Origin: Squalus acanthias | Lineage: Eukaryota | NCBI GenBank assembly: GCA_030390025.1 | Contig: CM059431.1 | Location: 158,846,001 to 158,910,000 of the forward strand | Direction: 5' to 3' | Length of the DNA: 64,000 nt | Shown: positions 42,701 through 54,700 of the stretch, one piece after another | Layout of the letters: the number at the start of each line of letters is the position of its first letter | Numbering within the stretch: position 1 is the first letter of the stretch | Position numbers and translations under genes: made by a program | Notes under the pieces: generated by a model | Told to the model about the DNA's origin: nothing | What the model saw: the letters and a program-made list of their open reading frames with translations, nothing else | Databases searched by the model: none

Positions 42701-45700
42701 AACAGGCAGTCTAAGCATCCAACCAAAACGCAGAATTCTCACAGACAGCGAACAAGGAAGTGAATAAGCTGTTAAACTTCTAACATTTAAAAAAAATGAT
42801 TGAGCGAACGAAACAAATATTGGGGCTCTAACATGGGGAAAGTTCAAAGCAGAAATAAGGAGGAAAAATCCTTTAAATTAATTACACTTACAGAATAATG
42901 TTAATCTTTATTTAAATGAATAAAGTTGTCTCTGCACAAAATTTAAATTAGATTTCCTGGTCATCACATTTGCTTAGAATTCAATACGTTGTTGCAATCC
43001 AGTTACACCCTTCCCTTTCAGTCAAACTTTTAGTGGGGAATTCAAGAGCACAATTACTGTGAAAGAGTCGAAGATTACATCAGTTTCGCTGATTTGAGAG
43101 ATTTCCCTGATTACCGGCTCTGGGTGGGCACAGCGCAGCCTCTGCAATTTTATTGGAGTCAAAGGAAGGGAACATAGGACCGAGCGAACAACGGGCAGCA
43201 GATGCAATACCAGCCGTTTTTCGGCGAGGACAGAACACAGGCCGTATCGCATCCATCGCCTATTATATGTTGCGCGCGAATAAACTTGAATTGAGCTGAA
43301 TATCGGGCGTGTGTGTAACTATCGGCAAATGTGATCCGGCCATTGTGTGTCCCCGACAATTAGAATTTCAACCTCCTGGACATTAACTTAAAATAAGTTC
43401 CTCGACATAAATAATGAACTCTCTTACTCGGAAAGTAAACGAGATCTTTTGCAATTAGATTTTGACATCGCCTACCTTCTAGATCATGTTTTGTCCCTGT
43501 ATCTCTGTTCTGTATCTCTGACAATGTCGCTTTCAGTTTGGGTTTTGTATTCTGCAGTTGAAGAAATATGTTCCACATTGTTCTTTCTCCCCGAGCTCCC
43601 ATTTCCAGCACGGTATCGAAAATGCGTTGGGAAGCATCGTTTCTGCGCTGACTTTCAGCAAGTGTACTGATTTCCTAAAAAAAATATTGCAATCATATTG
43701 AACAAAGTATTTTACAAAATCAGCTAAGAAACGTCGGTTTTGTTTCTCCCTCTCTTTATGGGAGGAATGAATAGAAAAGCTCACAATCAGGTGAACAAAA
43801 TCTATGTCAAAGAGATAAGTTATAAGGAGCGTCACTAAGGAGCAGGGAATGGCAGACGGCCGGAGAGGATTACAGAGTTCATTCCACAGTTTAGGACCGA
43901 GGCAGCACAACGCACGGCTACCAATGGTGGCGTGAAGAGAATCGGGGTTGCGCAATGGTTCAGAATTTGATGAGCACAGAGATCACGGAGGATTGTAGGG
44001 CTGGAGGATGTTGCAGAGATAGAGAGGACCAGCGTGGAGTCACCGAGGGAAGCTGAATTTTCTCAACTGAAAGGAAAAATGTTAAGTGCCAAATAAAAGG
44101 GGAAAAGTCAGATTTCAGGAATATGGTTCGTGCAAAATGAAGCATTAATTGTTGTTAGTAACAGCAATGCTCTGGAAAGCTCACAACGTGCTTTTAGAAA
44201 CTCGAACTGCACAGATTGTAAAACAATGCGGGTGAAAATGGAATCGGCCAGTCGCATGACAGGTGCTGATGGCGTATGGTAGGCTCGTGTTACAGGCGCC
44301 AGTATTTATTCCCATTGATTGCAATTAGAATTCCGTTCATTTCAAGTATCATTCATCGAAACAGCAGCACAAGCTTATCAGTCAATTCTTCATATTCTAT
44401 ATGAAACATTTGCTTTGAATAACTGTATAGTCCTGTCTTATGAGTTACTATTTTATTTGCAGTGTTTAATAACTACCTAGAGCATCATCAGAAAATCGCT
44501 ACCTTCAACTAATCAGCTTTATTCACCATGCTTTATTAATATATGTGTTACATAACTTCAGGAAATATTCGAAAAGAGATCAGATAGACATCATGGATGA
44601 GACTCGGAATTTGATTTTAAATAGGACATGATGGCTGTCATGACTGGAGATGCCGGGAATGTTATGTCTCTGAGTAATGGGCAGAAGAATGAACGTGAAG
44701 GCTTAAAGTTGCGTAACCCATGGACTGGATGAATTTTGCGAGTGCTTGGTGAGACGTAGAATAATGCAGATATTTTGAGGTTGTTAATTATAAATAATAA
44801 CTGTGGCAGGGAAGTTGGTAGATAGGCAAGTAGAATCAGCCATGCAGTGAAGTTGGAAGGAGAAAATTAATGGAAGCAACGACTTGGATATGTTCAGGAG
44901 AAAGTTCTAGAAATTGGTGCCACCGGCAGTGACTCACACGAATCGTCTCGTTTAATTAAAATGCACGTCACCTTTGCTAAAGAACGGACAGAATTTCGCG
45001 GCCGTGAGCGACAGCTTATTTTAAATATGTCAGTTAACTTCTTTTCCTGAGATTAGATATATGTGGCTTTTAGATATTCTATCTAGCTCCAGGATATCCA
45101 TTGGGTATTTGCTGAGTAGGCGTGATGCTTGTGCTGCTAGTGGTATCTTATTCAAATATTCATTACAATATTTGGCCCGTAATTTCCGTTAGGAGGCTTC
45201 CTGCGTCCGCATGCCGCCTATCGGAAAGAAATCTACGCCCTTCCCTGAGGGCTCCCGAGGAGGAGCCATTTCCGATCCTGCGCCTGTCCACAGTAGAAAT
45301 GCGCAGGGCCCACCTGATCCCAGGGACGCTTGCGAAGATCGTGAGCCCCTGAGATAGGTGGACAGGCGAGAGAATAGAAGGGAATCTCCGTTCCTACCTC
45401 TGACAGATAGACCTGTCAAAGGTATGAATGGAGATCACCCCAAAAACAAATCAAAACAATAAATACATTTTTACAAAGTATCGCGTTTTTATAATGAGTA
45501 ACATTTATATTAATTTAAATATTTTAAACAAAAGTTTAATGCTTTGAAAAAATATTTAAAGATTTTTAACGAGCTAAAATTAAACTTACCTTATTTATAA
45601 TTACTTTCAAATTATAAGTGAGTGAAAAAATAAATATTTGTTTACTTTTTTAAGCTCTTGTGCTGGGAAAAGCAGGCCTTACGCCTGCTTTTACCAGGAG

Positions 45701-48700
45701 TACGATTTTTAAGTGTTTTCAAGAGCGGATGTCCTGCAGCAAGCGGAAATCTCCACCCGCAGAGGCCCTTCTCTAGGGCAAGCGTCCGATCTGTCAAGAT
45801 GATTCTTGACAGATCGGAAATGCCGGTTTTCACCGCATGCGCTTCGCATGCCTGAAACCGGCATTACCGATGTCCCTACGGGTGTGTACACAGCGCGTAC
45901 TCACACGTAGGCATCGGAAAATACGAGCCATTGGCCCAGAAATTAAACATCGATGGTTCCCGCGGGAGTAAGTATTCCCCGCGAATTCGCACTCCGCGCC
46001 GACCTTTTTGTTTCGGGCCCACACGAACTTGAGTTTCAGGGCCTCTCCCTGTTGCAAGCGTGCAGTGCTTGCGTGTCCCTGATGCGCAATTAGTTCGTGC
46101 GAGCTCTGGGATCACGTGATTCAGTTAGAGCCAATGGCAGCACAACATCTTTCATTCATAGTTTTGACAGCAAGGGCTGTTAAAGCTATGAATACTACAA
46201 GACAGCAAAAGAACAGCTAAACCTCAATTAAATTTTAAAAAAGCCATCACATTAATAAAATAACTACATTAAAAAAAATTTTGAAAAAATTTAAAACCTT
46301 TTTAAAAGTTATAAAAATAAACTTACCTTTCTTTAAAGACTCGAAAAAAGATAAACCTGTTGAATTTTTTTTTGAATAACACTTAATTAACTACTTACCT
46401 TGTTAAAAGGTGGTCCTGCGGCTGCTTCCTTTATGTGTAAAATCTTCACCACTTACCTGCGCGTTCAAACCTGAAAGAAAAACTGAATGCACTGTTCACT
46501 TAGGCACCGCCACCTTTGCAAAACACCAAGTGCCAGATTCCCGCGCAAGCGCAGTGCATACAGGGAACCGGCAATTCGGGACCGAATACGCGAGAGTACA
46601 CAGTGCGTACTCTCGCGTATTCGGTCTAATTTTCGGGCCATTGTGTCTTGGCGTGTTCCTTGCAATACTGAAATTTGGATTAATTGCTCCTTGGATAGGA
46701 TGCCATTTATGTCCGATTACAGAAACAACAGTAACCCGAATCCCTGCAGAAATACGGCCAAGGTAAATAGCTTAACTGCAAGACGTTTTCCAGTGAATTA
46801 TCAGTTAATTAGAGAGTCTCTTTCTGCAGATGGTTTCTGCCTGGCACTTATGCGGCACAAATGATGCTTGCTAATTATCCACCAAAACTGGCATGTTGAC
46901 CAGATCTTGTTGCATACGGGCATGGACTGTTTAGTTACCTGAGGAATTGGGAATGGAATTGAACACTGCAATCATCAGCATAAAGCACAAATTCTGACCG
47001 AAGGACAGAAACATTTTTATTGATGAAGCAGCTGACGGTATTTGGGTCGAGGATTCTTCCACGATGAACTCATGGTTATAACATGAGATGCTGTTCTCTT
47101 GTTATTTAACACATTAAAATTGACAAGTTCTGTTTCCTTTGAGACGATATTAGCTGTAATCTAAGAGCACGTGAAAGGGTAGGCCGTGAGAAGGTTGTTA
47201 TCATTCACCCCATGGCTATCAAGTCCTCGCACCACCACACCTACCCCGCGAACATAAAGTCGCCAGAGAATACAACCGTTAAACCCGCAAAGCCATGACG
47301 TTCCAGACCGATTTGAACAATCTCCCACCAAACCGTCTGAAATTTAGGAGGCCATTTAGACAATTCCAACATCTATGTAGCATACCTTATGAATTGTTTC
47401 AGTAAACACGTTTGCATCTAAGAGCGATTGACTAACAGCTTCCAAGAATTCTTCAATTGACGATTCTAGTGTCTGACGGTAGCAGCCGATAATTCTTCCA
47501 AGCTGGATATCCGTGTAGCTCGCCAACATTAGTAACATTTTAGTATCTGAATTTTCTGTAAAAGTGTAAATGAGAACAGGTTACAATACTATGTTTGCTT
47601 TGAAGCAATGAATAATTTGAACTAACTTTTAGAGCAGCAGCTTTTCTTTAGAGCCTTTCAAACACTGAGACGGCCAATGGCGCCTCAGAGAGCAGGAATT
47701 TAGAGTTAAAGCTGCCTCCTTTTCGTAGAGTTAAGAGCAACGACCTAGATCTTGCAACATGTGGATGTTGTTTAAATTAAGTAGCAAGTAAAGAGTGGAA
47801 GCCCAAGGCAACGGATTCCAGACAGTGGTGCTAACGACTTTGTTGGAGTCCGGAGCAGAGGAACCAATAATCTGGGGAAAACAGCAAAGGGAGAGGATGG
47901 ACCAGAAATAAAAGAGGGTTTCTGAAGAAGACTGCAAAATTAAGACGCTCGAGACCGTAAAGGGAATTGTAGATGAGTAGGAGTCTTTCACAAATTGTCC
48001 GGGATAGCAAGTCAATATAGGTCACCGACGACAGGGATTATGGATAAGTGGAAATGAGGGTGAATTGATGAATTGAAACAGTCGAGCTCTAGGGATTCTA
48101 CCTGGCAGTGCCCAAAAGTCGTTTAAGGAATCGAGTCTAAACCTCACACAAGCGTATCTAAATCACGAGCAAATATTCATAAGTTATCATATATCCAGAA
48201 AATTATAAGATGATGGTTGCGGACGGTGATCTGAGAATCCATTCGAAATTTATTGCTTGAAATCACCAGATGCTGCTGAGCAATTAGAAATTGTCGTGAC
48301 TGTCGCTTGTTAGCCTAAAGAGCTAATAAATAATGCACTGTTAGTTAAAGAAAGTAATAGTAAATGCAAGCTCATTCCTTCTTTCTTGGGAAAACTAAAC
48401 TGCGATACGGACCGGAGAAATTGAAATACTGTGAATCTAAATGTACTCAAAATAAATTTGATAGATATCAATAAAACAATTACAAGAACACACCATTGGG
48501 AAAAAGTTTTTGATATCAAATTGAAATAATAACTAAATCTCAAATACCACATCTGAAACATGACAATAGCTGGTAGGAATCATAATTGATTGTACCGGAT
48601 TCTAAAATGCCTATCGATGGAAGTAGAAAGTCCTTAGAGATACTAAATAAAGAACGGCCCGGTATTAGCGGTCAGCGCCAAGCAAAGGCATTTGCTGCGG

Positions 48701-51700
48701 CCACAAAGTATGCTTGACACAAAGATCTCGCAATCAGGTTTTCAAAAGTTTAATTCAAATCAACGAAGCATCATTGGGAATCCCGAGTGCAAGTTGCTGT
48801 GAAGTCACCAGGCTGTCTAAGCATCCAACCAAAACGCAGAATTCTCACAGACAGCGAACAAGGAAGTGAATAAGCTGTTAAACTTCTAACATTTAAAAAA
48901 ATGATTGAGCGAACGAAACACATATTGGGGCTCTAACATGAGGAAAATGCAAAGCAGAAATTAGGAGGAAAAATCTTTTAAAATAATTACATTTTCAGGA
49001 TAATGTTAATTTTTATTGAAATGAATAAAGTTGTCTCTGCACAAAATTAAAATTAGATTTTCTGCCCATTACATTTGTTTAGAATTCAATACGCTGTTGC
49101 AATCCAGTTATACCCTTCCCTTTCAGTCAAACTTTTAGTGGGGAATTCAAGAGCGCAATTATTGTGAAAGAGCCGAAGATTACATCAGTTTCCCTGATTT
49201 GAGAGATTTCCCTGATTACCGGCTCTGGGTGGGCACAGCGCAGCCTCTGCAATTTTATTGGAGTCAAAGCAAGGGAACATAGGACCGAGCGAACAACGGG
49301 CAGCAGATGCAATGCCGGCCGTTTTTCGGCGAGGACAAAACACAGGCCGTATCGCATCCATCGCCTATTATATGTTGCGCGCGAATAAACTTGAATTATG
49401 CTGAATATCGGGCGTGTGTGTAACTGTCGGCAAATGTCAACCGGCCATTGTTTGTCCCCGACAATTAGAATTTCATCCTCCTGGACATTAACTTAAAATA
49501 AGTTCCAAGACATAAATAATGAACTCTCTTAATCTGAAAGTAAATGAGATCTTTTGCAATTAGATTTTGACATCGCCTACCTTCTAGATCATGTTTTGTC
49601 CCTGTACCTGTCTTCTGTATCTCTGACAATGTCGCTTTCAGTTTGGGTTTTGTATTCTGCAGTTGAAGAAATATGTTCCACATTGTTCTTTCTCCCCGAG
49701 CCCCCTTTTCCAGCGCGGTATCGAAAATGCGTTGGGACGCATCGTTTCTGCGCTGACTTTCAGCAAGTGTACTGATTTCCTAAAAAAATATTGCAATCAT
49801 ATTGAACAAAGTATTTTACAAAATCAGCTAAGAAACGTCGGTTTTCTTTCTCCCTCTCTTTATGGGAGGAATGAATAGAAAAGCTCACAATCAGGTGACT
49901 AAAATCTATGTCAAGGAGATAAGTTATAAGGAGCGTCTCTAAAGAGCAGATAATGGCAGACGGCCGGAGAGGATTACAGAGTTAATTCCAGAGTTTCGGA
50001 CCGAGGCAGCACAACGCACGGCTGCCAATGGTGGCGTGAAGAGAATCGGGATTGCGCAATGGTTCAGAATTTGATGAGCACAGAGATCACGGAGGATTGT
50101 AGAGCTGGAGGATGTTGCAGAGATAGAGAGGACTAGCGTTGAGTCACCGAGGGAAGCTGAATTTTCTCAATTGATATGAAAAAATGTTAAGTGCCAAATA
50201 AAAGGGGAAAAGTCAGATTTCAAGAATATGGTTCGTGCAAAATGAAGCATTACTTGTTGTTAATAACAGCAATGTTCTGGAAAGCTCACAACGTGCTTTT
50301 AGAAACTCAAACTGCACAGATTGTAAAACAATGCGGGTGAAATTGGAATCGGCCAGTCGCATGACAGGTGCTGATAGCGAATGGTCGGCTCGTGTTACAC
50401 GCGTCCGTATTTCTTTCCCATTGATTGCAATTCGACTTCCGTTCATTTCAAGTATCATTCATCTAAACATTAGTACAAGCATATCAGTCAATCCTTCATC
50501 TTCTATATTAACCATTTTCTTTTGAATACCTGAATAGTCCTGTCTTGTGAGTAACTATTTTATTTGAAGTGTTTATGAAATGTGATCATTGTCCCGAATT
50601 CTCTCACCTGCCAATCACTAAATTCTTAAACTGTCAACGTTTTACCTTCTGCTCGTTAACCTCTATGTTTCTTTGATTTGATTCATATAATCAACCCCCT
50701 ACATTCAATTTGTAAATCTACTTTTCATTTCCTTTTCTATGCACATCCAAGTAATTCTTGTATGTGCTCCACCCGTTTTATTATCGTGTAATTCCTATAT
50801 ATCGTATCGCAATCATTTCCTTCTGGTACCTTCGTATTGCTTCCCGACGGAATTATCTGATCCATTCCGTCCCAATATATCTGGGCTAGTGTGTTCTTGA
50901 TTTGTTGAAATTGGTTATCCTGTCCATATATATTGCTTTGATTTACTGTTCTTCTGAATTCTAATGATATCATTGCTTCTTAGATATCCGTTATCCGTTT
51001 GCAGAAATTGGATCCAATACTCATTCCTTCCCTGTTGTTCTGGAAACGTACCCATCTATCTCAGGTCTTGGATACGTGGCAGACATCACACTCCCTCTTC
51101 CACCAATACATCACTTCTATACTTTAGATATTTAAAGTCACCCATATCTCTGATACCCTCGCTAAAATGATTCCATTTTTTCAATATATCGCTTCCTCAA
51201 TTCGTGACCCACAACTTGTGCATGTTAATTGAACTCCTCATAGTTAATGGCCAGTTTTTTCGATCGCAGTAATCCCGGGAAGAAGGTCTGCAATCTGGAA
51301 AAATCTACGCCCTTACCTTAGGGATCCCGGGACGAACACGATTCCGATCCTGGGCCTCTCCAATCTCCACTTGCGCAGGGCCCTATTATCCCAGAGGCAC
51401 AGGCAGATTACAGGGTGCCTGGGATCATGTGGGCCATGGGGAGTCAAGCAAAGTAGGAAAACTGCATTCATACACTTGACAGGAAGACCTGTCAAATATA
51501 TGAATGGGGATCACCCCAAAAACATAGTGGGCCAGAAATTCCTTTCGCAGGCCGCCCGCGGGCGGAGGACTGCGATCTGGAAAAATCTGTGCCTGGACCG
51601 GAGCGCTCCCGCGAGGCGCAGAGTTCCGTTGTTTGGTCTCTCCAAACTTCCGGTGCGCAGGGCCCAAATATACAAGAGGCGCAGGCAGTTCGCAGCGTCC

Positions 51701-54700
51701 CTGGCATCACGTAGCGAGCCAATGAGGGAAAGGAATCTTCCTTCATACATTTGACAGGAAGACCTGTCAAATGTATGAATGGAATTCAGCCCCAAAAGAT
51801 AGTAAAAGCAAGCCTTAGCCCTGCTTTTAGCAGGCATACGATTTCTAAGGGTTTTCTGCAGGCGGGGGTTCTCCAGAAAGCGGAACTATACGTCCGCAGA
51901 GGACCTTCTCCAGGCTCGGCGTCCAATCTGTCAAGAGCATTCTTGACAGATCGGAAATTACGGATTTCAGGGCATGCGCTTGTCATGCCTGAAACCGGCA
52001 TTTCTGATGTCCCTACGGTTGTGTACACAGCGCGTACACATCCGTAAGTATCGGAATAGCCGGCCCATTAACGCCAAGCTCCCAGCCGTGCGCTTACATT
52101 AACCACGTAGGTGTTAATGTCTTCATATCATAACTTCCTGGAGCATCATCAGACAATCGCTACCTTCAACTAATCAGCTTTATTCACCATGCTTTATTAA
52201 TATATGTGGTACATAACTTCAGGAAATATTCGAAAAGAGATCAGATAGACATCATGGATAAAACTCGGAATTTTATTTTAAATAGGACATGATGGCTGTC
52301 ATGACAGGAGATGCCGGTAATGTTGATGTCCCTGAGCATTGTGCAGAAGAATGAACGTGAAGGCTTAAAGTTGAATAACCCATGGACCGGATGAATTTTG
52401 CGAGTGCTTGGTGAGACGTAGAAAAATGCAGATTTTTTGAGGTTGTATATTATAAGTAATAACTGTGGCAAGGAAGTTGGTAAATAGGCAGGTAGAATCC
52501 GCCATGCAGTGAAGTTGGAAGGAGAAAAGAAATGGAAGCAACGACTTGGATATGTTCAGTCGAAAGTTGTAGAAATTGGTGCCACCGGCAGTGACTCACA
52601 CGAATCGTCTCCTTTAATTAAAATGCACTTCTCCTTTGCAAAAGAACCGACAGAATTTCTCGGCCGTGAGCGACAGCTTATTTTAAATATGCTTTAATTT
52701 ACTGCCTCCCAAAGATACACAAAGCCAACACACCCGGACGTCCTATCGTATTAGGCAACGGAACCCTGTGTGAGAACCTCTCTGGGTACGTCGAGGGCAT
52801 CCTGAAACCCATCGTACAGGGAACCCCCAGCTTCTGTCGCGACACTACAGACTTCTTGCAGAAACTCAGCACCCATGGACCAGTTGATCCAGGAACACTC
52901 CTCGTCACAATGGACGTATCGGCACTCTACACCAATATCCCCCACAATGACGGCATCGCTGCGACAGCCTCAGTACTCAACACCAACAACAGCCAATCTC
53001 CGGACGCCATCCTACAACTCATCCGCTTCATCCTTGACCACAATGTCTTCACCTTCGACAACCATTTTTTTACCCAAACACACGGAACAGCCATGGGGAC
53101 CAAATTCGCACCCCAATATGCCAACATCTTCATGCACAAGTTCGAGCAAGACTTCTTCGCTGCACAGGACCTCCAACCAACGCTGTACACCAGATACATC
53201 GACGACATCTTCTTCCTTTGGACCCACGGCGAAGGATCACTGAAAGGACTACACGATAGCATCAACGGGTTCCATCCCACCATCAAACTCACCATGGACT
53301 ACTCCTCAGAATCGGTTTCATTCTTGGACACACGAATCTCCATCAAAGACGGACGCCTCAGCACTTCACTCTACCGCAAGCCCACGGACAACCTCAGAAT
53401 GCTCCACTTCTCCAGCTTCCACCCTAACCACGTTAAAGAAGCCATCCCCTATGGATAAGCCCTGCGAATACACAGGATCTGCTCAGACGAGGAGGAACGC
53501 GATGGACACCTACGGACACTGAAAGACGCCCTCGTAGGAACGGGATATGACGCTCGACTCGTCGATCGACAGTTCCGACGGGCCACAGCGAAAAACCGCA
53601 TAGACCTCCTCAGAAGACGAACACGGGACACAACCAACAGAGTACCCTACGTCGTCCAGTACTTCCCCGGAGCGGAAAAACTACGCCGTGTTCTTCGCAG
53701 CCTTCAACATGTCATCGATGACGACGAACACCTTGCTAAGGCCATCCCCACGCCTCCACTACTCGCCTTCAAGCAGCCGCCTAACCTCAAAAGTACCATC
53801 GTTCGCAGCAGATTACCCATCTTTCAGGCGAACAGCAACCAAGACACCACACAACCCTGCCACGGCAACCTCTGCAAGACATGCCAAATCATGGACACAG
53901 ATACCATCATCACATGTGAGGGCACTACCCACCAGGTACACGGTACATACTCATGTGACTCGGCCAACGTTGTCTACCTGATACGTTGCAGTAAAGGATG
54001 CTCCAGAGCATGGTACATCGGCGAGACCATGCAGACACTGAGACAACGTATGAACGGACACTGCACAACAATCGCTAGGCAGGAGGGTTGCCTCCCAGTC
54101 GGGGAACACTTCAGCAGCCAGGGGCATTCAGCCTCGGATATGCGGGTAAGCGTTCTCCAAGGCGGCCTTCGAGATACACGACAGCGCAAAATCATAGAGC
54201 AGAAACTGATAGCCAAGTTCCGCACTCATGAGGATGGCCTCAATCGCGATATCGGGTTCATGTCACGATACAGAACGTGACTTGACATCATGGTCGGTCT
54301 TCCCAGGTGTTTTTTTTTTAAAAAGGCTAACACAAGAACCTACACAGATTGACAGGATATGCAGCCAGCAGGTGGTTTGACACGTTGGACCCCCTGGGAC
54401 ACATCTCATTGTCTTGGCTATGCTCTTTGATGTAGGGAAAGATTTGAATATATTTTGTCTGTGTTTAAATTGTGAATTCTGGGAGATTCTCTCACTGCTA
54501 AACTTACCTGACGAAGGAGCGAACTGCTCCGAAAGCTTGTAAAATTAAATAAATCTGTTGGACTATAACCTGGTGTTGTGCGACTTCTTATTTTAAATAT
54601 GTCAGTTAATTTATTTTCCTGAGATTAGCTATATGTGACTATTAGATGTTCTATCTAGCTCCAGGATATCCATTGGGTATTTGCTGAGTACGCGTGATGC

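Noticed and set aside
46390..46460. TACTTACCT / ACTTACCTG resembling the U1 snRNA 5' end (possible snRNA array)
   Set aside because: No further U1 sequence or Sm site follows; better read as antisense splice donors inside MITEs.
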